DNA of 64,000 nucleotides from an uncultured Verrucomicrobiae bacterium (GCA_963812605.1 CAWEWF010000005.1:1-64000), one strand, 5' to 3'; counted from the first letter of the stretch, positions 51,326-62,674 are shown. Notes: generated from the letters alone by a model not told the origin. Numbers and translations are program-made.

Positions 51326-52539
51326 CCGGAGCACCGGCATGTTTTGCGACAGGAAATGGCCCTTTGTTGAAAGTACTGAAGGCAGCCTTAACGCGAAATC
51401 GTTCAAAACCTGGTACACTCCGTCGTGAGGTGAGGCATGAAATCAGTGCCCCAGTGCAAAGTGTACATGACTTTGGGATCGGCCACTTAGCTTCTGGAGA
51501 TGAAGGTGTACCGGCTTTTAGAGTTGTTGTGTTCGATGAAGCTCAACGAGTGTGGACAGCGAAACACTTGGAAGATTCTCTCAAAAGACCTCGTCGTCAA
51601 AGGGACGAATCAATTCGTAAAGTAGTTCAACAAATTCATGGGTGGTCGGAGCCCGATATACTTCTGCAAGTCATGGAGCGCCTTGATTGGTGTGTAGTCA
51701 TAGCGCTTGTTGGAGGTGGGCAGGAAATAAATACTGGTGAGGCAGGTCTATCCGAATGGGGAAGATCCATCGCGAAAGGACACTCGAAATGGAAGGTATG
51801 GGCGTCGCCGGAGGCATTACGTGGAGATGTGAGCTCTGCTGGACAAGTGCTCTTCGATGGTTCAGTACCTAAAAACTTTAGGGTAGCTGAGGATAAATTA
51901 TTTCATCTCTCGGTGACTCGGAGGAGCCCTAGAGCGCAAGTGTTAACGGAGTGGGTGAATTGCGTCTTGGACGGGAAATCATCGGTTGCTTCGAAACTTT
52001 TCAAACATTTGGCTGAATACCCAATACTACTCACGCGTGATTTAGTAACTGCCAAAAAACGAATGTGTGAATTTGGTGCGGGCAAGCGTTTTGGCCTAGT
52101 AGCGAGTTCGGGAGCGTTGCGCCTCCGCGCTCACGGAGTAGAAGTCAGGAAGGAATTTCGCGACGCAATCGATTACGCCGACTGGTTTCTAAATGATGTG
52201 ACAGATTTCCGTTCATCAAATGGGCTTGAGATTGCCGCGACGGAGTTTGATTGTCAAGGATTGGAGTTGGATTGGGCGTGCGTGTGTTGGGGAGGAGATT
52301 TTGTCCGAAGCAGCGAGGATGCTTGGCGCTATTTACAACTGCGTGCATTGAAATGGAACAATGCGCCATCGAACAAAGTGGATTTCATCCGTAATAAATA
52401 CCGAGTCCTGCTAACACGCTCACGATACGGCATGATTATTTTCGTCCCTCCTGGCAGTGCCGAGGACGTAACTCGATCCGCCGACTCTCTCGATGCAACG
52501 GCCGAGTATCTTAAGAAGTGCGGGCTTTCCGAAATCTGA
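51325..52539 (+). pseudogene. DUF2075 (Schlafen group 3-like helicase) protein lacking its N-terminus and Walker A
   Basis: 'GNGPL', 'VVFDEAQR', 'LVGGGQEINTGEAG', 'ATEFDCQGLELDW', 'YRVLLTRSR'; no GxxGxGKT; lower GC. Confidence 0.8.
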
Positions 52540-52560
52540 ATCCCCATGCCCATCTAACCC

Positions 52561-53061
52561 ATGAAAACTTTACTACCACTTCTCATTATTCTGGCGCTAG
52601 TGCTGGTAGTGGCACCTGTACTCCTGAAGAATCTATTGGGGAAGCGCCCGCCTTCTTCAGATGGTCTGCCTTATAAGAAGAAAGATTACCTGCTGACAGC
52701 CGCGGAACGTTCTTTCTACGAGGTCTTGTGCGGTATTATGGATAATCAATTGCATGTGTTTCCAAAGGTCAGACTCGTGGATTTGGTTTATCTGCCCAAA
52801 GGTGTCGAGAGCAGGCAGGGGCACATGAACCGCGTCATGTCCAAACACGTCGATTTCGTGCTGTGCGACCGCCAAAACATCGTACCTTTACTTGTTATCG
52901 AATTGGATGATGCTTCCCATGAGCGTGAAGACAGACGAGAGCGCGACGCGTTTCTCGATAAGGCTTTGGCTGCGGCCTCTCTGCCAATTCTGCATGTCGC
53001 GGCAAAACGCACATACGCGCCGAAGGAATTGGCGGAGTTGATCCAACAGAAGTTGCAATAG
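52561..53061 (+). CDS. DUF2726 membrane-anchored protein
   Basis: 'LLTAAERSF', 'PKVRLVD', 'KHVDFVL', 'IELDDASH'. Confidence 0.88.
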   Translation: MKTLLPLLIILALVLVVAPVLLKNLLGKRPPSSDGLPYKKKDYLLTAAERSFYEVLCGIMDNQLHVFPKVRLVDLVYLPKGVESRQGHMNRVMSKHVDFVLCDRQNIVPLLVIELDDASHEREDRRERDAFLDKALAAASLPILHVAAKRTYAPKELAELIQQKLQ

Positions 53062-53232
53062 CTCAGGGTGAGCGGCTAATCCCCGCTCACCGCGCGCGGC
53101 TACAACGGACAGATTCCGCAGCGGAGGGTGCGATTTTGAAGAAGATGAGGAACGGCGGCAAGCGGTTCATCGCGAGGATTCACCACGAGCGGGACGCTCG
53201 CCCAACAATTTCAACGGCGAAGAGATTCCTTC

Positions 53233-53490
53233 TCGACATCGGATTCCGATAATGGTATGGTTGGGACAGTTCTTTGATAGGGGAGAAGCGCGGCGCTGTT
53301 TTTCAGGGGAGGATCCGCCGCCGCCAAGGCTGTGGCGAGACAAGGGGCTTGAAAAAACATGTGTTTCTGCGAAACGAACCCATTTTAGGTCTTCTCGGAA
53401 TTGTGTGTATTGTGCAGTGGCAGAATGAGTTGGAAGGTTGCAGACGGTTTTTGCAAATGGGTTCGTTTTCGTGAAAAGTGGGTTCGTTTA
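53233..53490 (+). repeat. Promoter + boxA-like + 97-bp inverted-repeat element, copy 2
   Basis: TCGACA-N17-TATGGT, then AGTTCTTTGA; perfect 14-bp inverted repeat at 53372-53385/53455-53468. Confidence 0.7.
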
Positions 53491-53571
53491 TGGGATTGCC
53501 CGAGTTCAACTTGACTCCAAAGCGGCTCGCCGTTATGAGGGAGCTTCGGGTTTCGGATGGGAGTTTACACG

Positions 53572-54558
53572 ATGACTGATAAAGCGCCTTGGATCACGTA
53601 TCGGCCGGAGTTGCGGGTGCTGGATTGCACCATTCGCGACGGGGGGTTGATCAATAATTCGAAGTTCACTGACGACCAGGTGAAGGCGGTGTATCACGCC
53701 TGCGTGGCCAGCGGGATCGATTACATGGAGATCGGCTACAAGAATTCCACCGACCAATTCCCGCGCGCGGAGTACGGGCCGTGGCGGCATTGCGACGAGG
53801 AGGACCTGCGGCGGATTGTGGGCGATCACAAGAAGCTGGCGCCCGGCTTGAAGCTCGCGGCGATGGCTGATGCGGGCGGCAAGAGCGATTGGAAACGCCA
53901 GATCATCCCGGCCAAGGACAGCGTGCTCTCGATGATCCGCGTGGCCTGTTACGCGAACCAGATTTCCGAGGCGGTGGAGATGATCCATTATTGCCACGAG
54001 CAGGGGTACGAGACGACGCTGAATCTCATGGCGATCTCGATCACGCAGGACGCGGAGATTGACACGGTGCTCCAGCTCGCCGCGAAAACGCCGATTAGCG
54101 CCGTGATGGTCGTGGACAGTTACGGCAATCTCTATCGCGAGCAGATCGATTATCTCGTGCGGAAGTACGCCAAGGCGGTCGAGGGGCTGAAGAAGGACGT
54201 GGGCATTCACGCGCACAACAATCTGCAACTGGCCTTCGCCAACACCATCGAGGCGATCATCCTCGGCTGCAATCGGGTCGATGCCACCTTGATGGGGCTC
54301 GGTCGCGGCGCGGGCAATTGCCCGATGGAACTGCTGCTCGGGTTCCTGCGCAATCCGAAGTTCAAACTGCGTCCCGTGCTGGACGTCATCCAGCACACGA
54401 TCCTGCCGATGCGCAAACAGTTCGATTGGGGCCCGTCGATTCCCTACAACATCACGGGCCAAATGAATATGCATCCGCGTTCGGCGATGAGTTTCCGCGC
54501 CGGCCAGACGCCCGATGATTACCTGGCGTTTTACGACCGCGCCGTGGCGGATGTCTAG
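53572..54558 (+). CDS. DRE-TIM metallolyase (4-hydroxy-2-oxovalerate aldolase-like)
   Basis: 'LDCTIRDGG', 'VDSYG', 'GIHAHNN', 'GLGRGAGN'. Confidence 0.85.
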   Translation: MTDKAPWITYRPELRVLDCTIRDGGLINNSKFTDDQVKAVYHACVASGIDYMEIGYKNSTDQFPRAEYGPWRHCDEEDLRRIVGDHKKLAPGLKLAAMADAGGKSDWKRQIIPAKDSVLSMIRVACYANQISEAVEMIHYCHEQGYETTLNLMAISITQDAEIDTVLQLAAKTPISAVMVVDSYGNLYREQIDYLVRKYAKAVEGLKKDVGIHAHNNLQLAFANTIEAIILGCNRVDATLMGLGRGAGNCPMELLLGFLRNPKFKLRPVLDVIQHTILPMRKQFDWGPSIPYNITGQMNMHPRSAMSFRAGQTPDDYLAFYDRAVADV

Positions 54559-54559
54559 C

Positions 54560-55090
54560 TCACGTTTTCCAGTAAACCATCACCGGCCCATCGGCGCCGT
54601 AGATCGGGTCGGATTGGGGAAGGGGAACGCGAGCGATATTCTCATCGGCTTGGGGGCGTTCGTCAGCTTTGCCATAACACATGTCCCAGTCCTGGCCTCG
54701 CGGATAACCGCCCACGATGGCGAAGTCGTCGGTGGCGTGGAGATTTTTGTGGCCCGTGCCGGCGGGAATCAAAATGACATCGCCGGCGTTTATCGTATGC
54801 ACGATGCCCGGCTCGCCGCCGAGTTGCACATCCGCCGAGCCGTGGTAGCAGGCGAGGACTTCGTGGGCGGTGCTGTGATAATGATGGTACGGATAAATGC
54901 CGTTCCGCCATGTCCCGCCCCAGTGGTTGGCCGCCAGCAATTTTTCAATCGTCTGCGCTGGATTCTTCTTGGGCAGCGCGAGCGCGTTCACATAGATCAA
55001 GAGCGGACACTTGGCGTTGTTCGGGATCGCTCCCGTGTCCTCGAACGGCTGAACCAGGAGAGTGCATTGAATGACGGCACTGGCCTCCAT
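54560..55090 (-). CDS. Cupin domain protein (YjlB-like)
   Basis: 'YHHYHSTAHEVL', 'IPAGTGH', 'GGYP', 'DPIYG'. Confidence 0.88.
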   Translation of the reverse strand: MEASAVIQCTLLVQPFEDTGAIPNNAKCPLLIYVNALALPKKNPAQTIEKLLAANHWGGTWRNGIYPYHHYHSTAHEVLACYHGSADVQLGGEPGIVHTINAGDVILIPAGTGHKNLHATDDFAIVGGYPRGQDWDMCYGKADERPQADENIARVPLPQSDPIYGADGPVMVYWKT

Positions 55091-55132
55091 GACCACTGAA
55101 TATAATCCAGATTGCCATTTCACCCAAATTTT

Positions 55133-55265
55133 GGTGATGTCTTAATTTGCATCCGCCGACTGTAGCCGAAGCGTAAGCTTCGGGAATCCGCGTTCCTACC
55201 ACCGAAGCTTACGCTTCGGCTACAAAACACAGACAATGAGCAATGCGGCAAATTAAGACACCACC
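55133..55265. mobile_element. MITE with 18-bp TIRs, 8-bp TSD and an internal REP-like doublet
   Basis: TIRs GGTGATGTCTTAATTTGC / GCAAATTAAGACACCACC; flanking direct repeat CAAATTTT at 55125-55132 and 55266-55273. Confidence 0.8.
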
Positions 55266-55339
55266 CAAATTTTTGACGCTGCCGTTTGCCGGGCGCAAGA
55301 TGGAATCCATCAGCAGTCTGCGGGAGGATTACAACTTTG

Positions 55340-57022
55340 TTAGAAACCCTGCGCTTGCAGGAAACCTTCGACTTGGCGCAGCCGCGTGGGGTGACGCATC
55401 TTTCGTAGCGCCTTGGCTTCGATCTGGCGGATACGTTCGCGCGTGACGCGGAACTGGCGGCCGACTTCCTCGAGCGTGCGGCAGTAGCCATCGCCCAAGC
55501 CGAAGCGAAGTTGCAACACTTTGCGCTCGCGCTCGGTGAGCGTATCGAGCACGTCGTTAAGCTTTTCCTTGAGCAGCGAGTACGACGCCATGTCGGACGG
55601 GTTCTCGGCGGACTTGTCCTCGATCAGGTCGCCGAAGCTGGTGTCTTCGCTGTCGCCAATGGGGGATTGCAACGAAATCGGCTGCTGCGCCATCTTGAGG
55701 ACGGCGCGGACGCGGTCGACGGGCATCTGCATTTCCTCGGCGACTTCCTCGGGGGACGGTTCGCGGCCGAATTCCTGGAGAAGCTGCTTTTGCACGCGCA
55801 TCAATTTGTTGATCGTCTCGATCATGTGGACCGGGATGCGGATTGTGCGCGCCTGGTCGGCAATGGAGCGGGTGATGGCCTGGCGAATCCACCACGTGGC
55901 GTAGGTGGAAAACTTGTAGCCGCGGCGGTACTCGAATTTTTCCACGGCCTTCATCAGGCCCATGTTGCCTTCCTGGATCAGGTCGAGGAAGGAGAGGCCG
56001 CGGTTGGTGTATTTCTTGGCGATGGAAATCACGAGGCGCAGGTTGGCCTCCACCATTTCGCTCTTGGCCTGGACCGCTTTTTTCATCCACGACTTGAGTT
56101 CGTCGTGCGCCTTGATGAATTCCACGGTGTTCATGCGCGCGCCCAATTCGAGCTTCTTCAACTTGCGTTCTTCGTTCCGCTGGTCCGCTTCGAGCGCGGG
56201 GGACTTGCGCAGCTTTTCCAGCCGTTCGATCTGGAACAGCGCCTCGTCGAATTTCTCGCGGACCTCGTTGGCCTTCTCGACAAATTCCTCGAGTACTTTT
56301 TGCTTGAAGTAGAACTTCTCGAACAATCGCTGGAGCGAGGTGTCGGACTTCTTGAATTCGCGCCGGAGCTTTTCGGTTTCCTTCTTGTTGAGTCCCGACC
56401 GCGTCGCCTTCTCGTATCGGCCATCGACGGCCGCATCGGATTTCTCGACCTGGGTTAGCAACCGCGGCAACACGCGCATGTACTGTTCGCGGCTGTCGAT
56501 TTTCTTGTCGATGATCACGCGGTCGAACCGTTCTTTGCCGCTGAGCAGTCGTTTCGCGAGCGCCATGTGCTCTTTGGCGGTGAAGCCGAAATTGTTGATG
56601 ATCTGCTTGACGTGGTTCTCGGCGGTTTCGATGCGCTTGGAGATTTCGACTTCCTGCTCGCGCGTGAGCAAGGGCACCTGGCCCATCTGCTTCAGGTACA
56701 TGCGCACCGGGTCATCGAGAATGTCGAGGCGGGAATCGACCTTGGCGGTCTCTTTTTCCTCTTCGGCCTCGCGTTTGAAGCGATCCACTTCCGAGGCGTC
56801 GATGATTTCGATATCCATCCCGCGCAGCATGATCAGGATCGCGTCGAGTTCGTCGGGAGAAAGAATGTTCTCCGGCAGGATGTCATTTACGTCGCCATAG
56901 GTCAGGTAGCCCTGTTCCTTGGCGAGCTTGATCAACTCTTTGATCTTCTCGTTTTTCTCGTCACGATCGAGCTTCGGTGGTTCCGGAACGACGGTTTTCT
57001 TCCGATGATTATCCTTGGACAT
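55340..57022 (-). CDS. rpoD: RNA polymerase primary sigma factor
   Basis: 'DPVRMYL', '[13 protein letters not shown]', '[13 protein letters not shown]', '[13 protein letters not shown]'. Confidence 0.98.
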   Translation of the reverse strand: MSKDNHRKKTVVPEPPKLDRDEKNEKIKELIKLAKEQGYLTYGDVNDILPENILSPDELDAILIMLRGMDIEIIDASEVDRFKREAEEEKETAKVDSRLDILDDPVRMYLKQMGQVPLLTREQEVEISKRIETAENHVKQIINNFGFTAKEHMALAKRLLSGKERFDRVIIDKKIDSREQYMRVLPRLLTQVEKSDAAVDGRYEKATRSGLNKKETEKLRREFKKSDTSLQRLFEKFYFKQKVLEEFVEKANEVREKFDEALFQIERLEKLRKSPALEADQRNEERKLKKLELGARMNTVEFIKAHDELKSWMKKAVQAKSEMVEANLRLVISIAKKYTNRGLSFLDLIQEGNMGLMKAVEKFEYRRGYKFSTYATWWIRQAITRSIADQARTIRIPVHMIETINKLMRVQKQLLQEFGREPSPEEVAEEMQMPVDRVRAVLKMAQQPISLQSPIGDSEDTSFGDLIEDKSAENPSDMASYSLLKEKLNDVLDTLTERERKVLQLRFGLGDGYCRTLEEVGRQFRVTRERIRQIEAKALRKMRHPTRLRQVEGFLQAQGF

Positions 57023-57057
57023 AATAAAAATAAAATCTCTGACCAACGCCGGGTAAG

Positions 57058-58881
57058 TTACGTTTTCCCCTTCAAAAACGTGGCAATATGCCGTAGTTTG
57101 GAATCCAAGTCAAGCAACTGTTGGTGCAGCGGGGCTGATTCCTCCGCGCGCAGACCCGGCTGTTCCAATTGTCTTCGGACTTCGCTCAAACGTTGCTTTA
57201 TCCAGCGTTGTTCCAGCGTCGCAAGGCAATCTGCCGCAGCCGCTTCAGGGTGTTTGACCGCGCGCTGGTTCAGCAGCAATTCCGAGATCAGGCGACTTGT
57301 CTGGTCACTCTGCGGCTGATTGAGCAGCGCGTTCGGCCCGGTCCAGTTCCGTCCATTGTAGAGACGCAACACGTCCTGAATCGTTTGCCCCGCGAGGCTG
57401 TTGCTCAGCCACGCCAAATCCAAGCGCTCCGCTGTCAGTTCGATGATGCGTTCATCCGTCAGCATCGTTTGCAAGAGCGTCTCCTCCGCCGGCAACCCGC
57501 GCGGCCGTTCCCCATCGAAATCCGCCGTGTCATCCGCCTCGTCGTCGCCGCCAGCCATCTGATTGCGGACGCGCCGGTTGCCCGCCAGTTTCGTGACTTC
57601 CTTTCGCAGCACGTCTTCGCCGATGTCGAGACGCTTTGCGGTCTGTTGCGCATACGTCGCCAACAGGATTGGCGACGGAATACGCGCCAGCCATTCGGCC
57701 ATTTGCCGCGCAATCTGCAATTTGCCCCGCTCGGAACGCGGGTCATGCTGCTGGGAAAGCCGGTCGAGTAGATAAACGAAGAAACTGGGGGCTCGGGTAA
57801 CCAATTCTTTCAGTTTTTCCGCGCCGAAGGCCTTCACAAAGCTGTCGGGATCGTGACCGGGTGGCAGGACTGCCACGCGACTGACCACGCCCGCGTCCCA
57901 CAACGGCTCGGCGCTGCGCACGATGGCATTCTGACCGGCCGCATCGGCATCGAACATCAATACTACTTCCTCGGCGTAACGTTTCAGGATGCGCGCGTGC
58001 TGTTCGGTCAGCGCGGTGCCCTGCGGCGCGACCACGTTTTCGACACCCGCTTCGTGACAGGAGATCGTGTCGACCTGTCCTTCGCAGACAATCGCGTATT
58101 TCTCGTCGAGAATCGCGCGTTTGGCCTTGTCGAGCGCGAACAGGATGCGGCCCTTCTGGAAGATCGGCGTCTCTGGCGAATTGACGTACTTCGGCTGGTC
58201 CTTGGCGTCGGTCAAGATGCGACCACTGAAGCCGACCGTACGCCCCTGTTCGTCACCAATCGGGAACATCAAGCGTCCACGAAACCGGTCGTAGTAGCCG
58301 TCGCCCCGTTCCCGCTCCAGGGCCAGGCCCGCCGCCGCCAGCACTTCGGCGGGGAATTTCTTCGCGGCGGCGTGTTGGATCAAGCCGTCCCAGGCATCGG
58401 GCGAATAGCCCAGCCGCCACTTTTTGGCGGTCTCGGCAGTGATCTGGCGCTTTTTCAGGTACTCGCGAGCGATGTTGGCACTCGGTTCCTTCATCAGGTT
58501 GTGATGGAAGAAATTCGCGGCCACTTCGTGGAGCTTGAGGAGTTGGTCCTTCTGGTCTCGGCCCGGTTCGCCGTCGCGTTCCTCGTATTCCAGCTTGATG
58601 CCGGCCCGCTCGGCGAGTCGGCGGACCGCGGTGATGAAGTCGATGTTTTCGTACTTCATCACAAATGTGAAGACGTTACCGCCCTCGCCGCAGCCAAAGC
58701 AGTGCCAGATTTGCTTCTGCGGATTCACGTTGAAGCTCGGCGTCTTCTCCTTGTGAAACGGACAGAGGGCGCGGAAATTCGCGCCCGCGCGTTTTAGCGG
58801 AAAGTAGGAGCCGATCACCTCGACAACGTCGTTGTTCTGGCGAATCTGCTCGAGAACAGGTTCGGGAATTAAACCGGGCAC
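57058..58881 (-). CDS. dnaG: DNA primase
   Basis: '[11 protein letters not shown]', 'HCFGC', 'KYVNSPET', TOPRIM 'EG..D', 'FDADAAG', 'DPD'. Confidence 0.97.
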   Translation of the reverse strand: MPGLIPEPVLEQIRQNNDVVEVIGSYFPLKRAGANFRALCPFHKEKTPSFNVNPQKQIWHCFGCGEGGNVFTFVMKYENIDFITAVRRLAERAGIKLEYEERDGEPGRDQKDQLLKLHEVAANFFHHNLMKEPSANIAREYLKKRQITAETAKKWRLGYSPDAWDGLIQHAAAKKFPAEVLAAAGLALERERGDGYYDRFRGRLMFPIGDEQGRTVGFSGRILTDAKDQPKYVNSPETPIFQKGRILFALDKAKRAILDEKYAIVCEGQVDTISCHEAGVENVVAPQGTALTEQHARILKRYAEEVVLMFDADAAGQNAIVRSAEPLWDAGVVSRVAVLPPGHDPDSFVKAFGAEKLKELVTRAPSFFVYLLDRLSQQHDPRSERGKLQIARQMAEWLARIPSPILLATYAQQTAKRLDIGEDVLRKEVTKLAGNRRVRNQMAGGDDEADDTADFDGERPRGLPAEETLLQTMLTDERIIELTAERLDLAWLSNSLAGQTIQDVLRLYNGRNWTGPNALLNQPQSDQTSRLISELLLNQRAVKHPEAAAADCLATLEQRWIKQRLSEVRRQLEQPGLRAEESAPLHQQLLDLDSKLRHIATFLKGKT

Positions 58882-58884
58882 AGC

Positions 58885-59472
58885 TTATTTGGGAATCGTT
58901 TCCGAAGGTTGCGTATTGGTCGGGCCGCCGGCTTCGTAGTTCAGCTCCGGTCGCCGCTTCACGTCCTGCAAGAACCAGTCTTTCTCCGGCAAATTTTTTT
59001 CCATGGCCGATCGGACGGTGGGAAGCGCGTTGAGGACCAGCGTTCCAAAACGGGACTTTACACCGACCTGGTCTTGTAACGAAGTGCTCGTCGACAAGCT
59101 CAGCACCACGGTCACCCAGGCCATGACCAGCACCATGCGAACCACGCCCGCAAAACCACCGCCCACATTCTCCACGAGCGCCGCGGTTTTCAATTCCTGC
59201 ATCCGCTTGCGGGTCGCCAGTCGGATCCAGAGCGTGATCAGGTAAACCACCACGGCGATGCTCACAAAGGCAATGAGCTGGGCCCCCGCCTCGGGCAGGG
59301 GGGAATTTGCGTAAATCCAGTCGCCCAGGGATTGGTGGAACTCCGACGCGATCACGAGCATCAAGACCATACCGATGACACGAATAATCTCACCTGTCAA
59401 TCCAGCGCGGATGCCACTCCACACGCCGTAGAACAGGGCGACGACCACCAAGATATCGTACCAGTTTACCAT
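58885..59472 (-). CDS. CvpA (colicin V production) family membrane protein
   Basis: 'NWYDILVV...GIRAGLTGE', several TM segments, 'GGGFAG'. Confidence 0.8.
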   Translation of the reverse strand: MVNWYDILVVVALFYGVWSGIRAGLTGEIIRVIGMVLMLVIASEFHQSLGDWIYANSPLPEAGAQLIAFVSIAVVVYLITLWIRLATRKRMQELKTAALVENVGGGFAGVVRMVLVMAWVTVVLSLSTSTSLQDQVGVKSRFGTLVLNALPTVRSAMEKNLPEKDWFLQDVKRRPELNYEAGGPTNTQPSETIPK

Positions 59473-59508
59473 CCCGAATTTGGCTCAACCCCCCAGCACA
59501 CCACCGCT

Positions 59509-60288
59509 TCACCGTATCGAAATCGACTGCAGAATTCTACACAATTCGCGAAAACCGCTTGCCAACGACGGACCCGGCTGCAGGATAAGGCTCGAATCCA
59601 TTTCGTAAATGCGCCGGTGTCGCACCGCGTCGATCATTTCCCAACCTGGCCGCTGGCGGATCTCGTCCAGCCGCGCCTTTCTGCCGCACCAACTGGCAAT
59701 GATGACTTGTGGGTTGCGGCGGACGATTTCCTTCGCGTCCACCAAGCGGTCGCTCGCGCGGCGTCGGCCACGCAGTTCGCTAAAAATATCTTTACCGCCG
59801 GCCCGTTCAATCAGTTCGCTGACCCAACCGATGCCGCTAATCATCGGATCCGGCCACTCCTCGAAGTAGACGCGAATGCGTCGCGAAGGCCGGGCCTTAA
59901 GTCGTGCGCGAAACCTGTGGACCAAGGTCCGCGCCCGGGTTTCTTTCCCAACGATCCGTCCCAACAGCAGCATTGTGTCTTCGATTTCCCGAAGCGAGGT
60001 CTGCTGGGTCACCAGCACGTTCACTCCATCCTTGATCAGCCGGGCGGCGATCCCGGCTTGGACATCACTATAACCGATGACCAAGTCCGGCTCCAGCGCC
60101 AGGATTCGGTCAACATTGGCTGCCGAAAAGCCCGAAACCCGGGGCACGCCCCGTAGCGCGTTGGAGGAGGAAGCATACGCGCTGGCGCCCACAATCCGAT
60201 CGGCGGCGCCGATGCGGCAAAGGATGTCAGCCGATTCGGCACTCAGGCAAACGATGCGACCCGGTGCGGAAGACGAATGGGCCATCAA
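59509..60288 (-). CDS. BtuF-like (cobalamin/Fe-siderophore) substrate-binding fold protein
   Basis: 'RIVCLS', 'ILALEPDLV', 'VYFEEWPDPMI', 'SWCG', 'ILQPGP'; no clear signal peptide. Confidence 0.8.
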   Translation of the reverse strand: MMAHSSSAPGRIVCLSAESADILCRIGAADRIVGASAYASSSNALRGVPRVSGFSAANVDRILALEPDLVIGYSDVQAGIAARLIKDGVNVLVTQQTSLREIEDTMLLLGRIVGKETRARTLVHRFRARLKARPSRRIRVYFEEWPDPMISGIGWVSELIERAGGKDIFSELRGRRRASDRLVDAKEIVRRNPQVIIASWCGRKARLDEIRQRPGWEMIDAVRHRRIYEMDSSLILQPGPSLASGFRELCRILQSISIR

Positions 60289-61136
60289 TCCGTCTGGGGT
60301 TTCAGGTGCAGGATGTAGTCTTCAAAGTCGGCCTGCCAGCGGTCCATGTCCGACCCAAACTCTTTTTGCAGGCTCCGGAGACTGTCATTGCCGAACTTCA
60401 GGTCCTGCAAATAGTGGCGGAACCGGCTCTGTTCGTACCGATCATTGTTGGAGTTCAGCAAGTAATAGACAAGCGCCCAACTCATCGGGTAAGCGACATT
60501 CGCGTTCGCGTAAAATGTGGCCTGGTCCCAGGTGACCAACTGCGCGATTGGGGGCCCCTTTTTGTTGAGGATCAAAGCTTGCGCGTAAAGCAGTTTGTTG
60601 CGGCTGACCTGGCCGACGTTGAAATGGGAGCCGGTGATGAAACTGGTTTCGAAATACTGCGCGGTGCCTTCATTCAGCCACGTCGGGATCTGCAAGCCCA
60701 GTTCGTAGCCGATGAACTGATGGAACCCCTCATGCGCCAGCACGCGCCACAAGTTTGCGTCCTGGTACGTCACGACCTCATAAAACTGGTTGCCCGCTTC
60801 GTCGGTCTTGAGATGACAGTAACCCGCCAGCCCCGCATGGGTCAGCGACACCACGTTGCCGGCGTAATTGCGAAAGTCCGTGACATTGTCGAAGACGATG
60901 ACACGCGCACCGGCTTTGCCGGACCAGTTGTTGAAGAACTTCTCATACTGGCGCAACATCTCATTCATGAACATGTTGACCTCGAACGCCAGTTGGTGGC
61001 CGCCTTGCGCGAACACCTGGTAGCGTCCCTGGGTGACGTTCGCAAAATTCGCAATCGACGGCGCGGTCGTGTCTTGCGCCCGAGTTACACTCGTAATTGT
61101 CAGTACCAAAACCGCCAGGAAGCCTTTCAGTTTCAC
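60285..61136 (-). CDS. DUF1570 secreted zinc-peptidase-like protein
   Basis: Signal peptide; 'HEGFHQ', 'WLNEGTAQYFE', 'YPMSWALVYYL'. Confidence 0.8.
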   Translation of the reverse strand: MKLKGFLAVLVLTITSVTRAQDTTAPSIANFANVTQGRYQVFAQGGHQLAFEVNMFMNEMLRQYEKFFNNWSGKAGARVIVFDNVTDFRNYAGNVVSLTHAGLAGYCHLKTDEAGNQFYEVVTYQDANLWRVLAHEGFHQFIGYELGLQIPTWLNEGTAQYFETSFITGSHFNVGQVSRNKLLYAQALILNKKGPPIAQLVTWDQATFYANANVAYPMSWALVYYLLNSNNDRYEQSRFRHYLQDLKFGNDSLRSLQKEFGSDMDRWQADFEDYILHLKPQTD

Positions 61137-61234
61137 GCGGGCACGGTAACGCAAGCCGGAGAGGAATTCCAGCGTGGGAAAGCGGAATGTTTAGCGTTGC
61201 CCGCGCCGGAGACTGCGGCTATTCTTCGCGCGGC

Positions 61235-62674
61235 ATGGAACCCCAAGGTGAACTGACCAAGCCGCGCTTGGAGAAACGACAAAAGCTGTTGGAGATGGGG
61301 ATCGACCCGTATGGCGGGCGATTCGAAGTCAGCGAGTCGATTGACTCCGCGCGCACGAAGGCCGCGCCGGACCGTGAGGTGCGGTTGGCCGGCCGCGTGT
61401 TGAGCCACCGCGACATGGGCAAGAGCCTGTTCGCGGACATCAAGGACTCCACCGCGAAGATCCAGATTTACGTCCAGAAGCAGGCCCTGGGTGAAGAACA
61501 ATTCGATCTCTTCAAACATTTTATCGATCTCGGTGACATCATTGGCGTGAACGGCAAACTGTTTACGACCCATGCCGGGGAGTTGACCGTCAAGGTAGAG
61601 AGCGCGACACTGTTGAGCAAGGCGATCCAGCCGCTGCCGAAGGAGTGGTACGGCATCAAGGACGTTGAAACGCGCTTGCGACAACGTTACCTCGATTTGA
61701 TTCTCAACGAGAAGTCCCGCGAGACGTTCCTGGCGCGCAGCCGCATCGTGGCGGAGATCCGCAAATTTCTCGACGCCCGCGGCTTCATGGAAGTCGAGAC
61801 ACCAATGATGCAACCACTGGCGGGCGGCGCGGCGGCCAAGCCGTTCGAAACGCACCATGAAGCGCTGAATATCGACCTGTTCCTGCGCGTGGCCCCGGAA
61901 CTCTATCTCAAGCGGCTGCTCGTGGGCGGTTTCGAGCGCGTCTATGAGATCAATCGCAATTTTCGCAACGAAGGGATCTCGCGCCGCCACAATCCCGAGT
62001 TCACGATGCTCGAGGTCTATCAGGCGTATGGCGACTTCGAGAGCATGATGGACCTCGCGCAGGGGCTGGTGGTTTCGGTCGCGGAGGCCATCACGGACTC
62101 GTTGCTCCTTCGGCGCAGCGACGGCCAGGAAATCGACCTCACGCCGCCGTGGCGCCGCGTGCCGTACCGCGAGTTGGTCGAAGAGCGGATTGGCAAAGAG
62201 TGGTTCACGCTCACCCCCGAGGATCGCAAGGCGCAGGCGATCACGATGGGAGTGGAAGTTGCGCCCACCGCGCCCGATTACGAAGTGACCAACGCGATTT
62301 TCGAAAAGATCATCGAGCCGTCGTTGATGAACCCGACATTCGTGACGCACCTGCCCGCGGAGTTGGTTGTGCTGGCGAAACCCAACCGGCAGGACCCGAG
62401 CGTGGTGGATGTTTTCGAGTTGATTATCAACGGCCAGGAGATTGCGCCGGCCTACTCCGAACTGAACGATCCTGTCGTGCAGCGCGAGCGATTGCTGGCG
62501 CAGGCGGAAGGGCACGCCGAGAAACTCGACGAGGATTTTCTTTTGGCGCTGGAGCACGGGATGCCGCCTGCCGGCGGGATGGGCATGGGAATCGATCGTC
62601 TGGTTATGATGCTCACGGGCGCGGAAAGCATCCGCGACGTGATCCTGTTCCCGCTGATGCGACCGCAAACATGA
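61235..62674 (+). CDS. lysS: Lysyl-tRNA synthetase (class II)
   Basis: 'RQRYLDL', 'LRVAPELYLKRL', 'FRNEG...HNPEFT', 'GMPPAGGMGMGIDR'. Confidence 0.98.
   Translation: MEPQGELTKPRLEKRQKLLEMGIDPYGGRFEVSESIDSARTKAAPDREVRLAGRVLSHRDMGKSLFADIKDSTAKIQIYVQKQALGEEQFDLFKHFIDLGDIIGVNGKLFTTHAGELTVKVESATLLSKAIQPLPKEWYGIKDVETRLRQRYLDLILNEKSRETFLARSRIVAEIRKFLDARGFMEVETPMMQPLAGGAAAKPFETHHEALNIDLFLRVAPELYLKRLLVGGFERVYEINRNFRNEGISRRHNPEFTMLEVYQAYGDFESMMDLAQGLVVSVAEAITDSLLLRRSDGQEIDLTPPWRRVPYRELVEERIGKEWFTLTPEDRKAQAITMGVEVAPTAPDYEVTNAIFEKIIEPSLMNPTFVTHLPAELVVLAKPNRQDPSVVDVFELIINGQEIAPAYSELNDPVVQRERLLAQAEGHAEKLDEDFLLALEHGMPPAGGMGMGIDRLVMMLTGAESIRDVILFPLMRPQT

Noticed and set aside
53110-53190. Possible ParE/RelE toxin remnant ('FIARIHHE')
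   Set aside because: Too short and degenerate to support.
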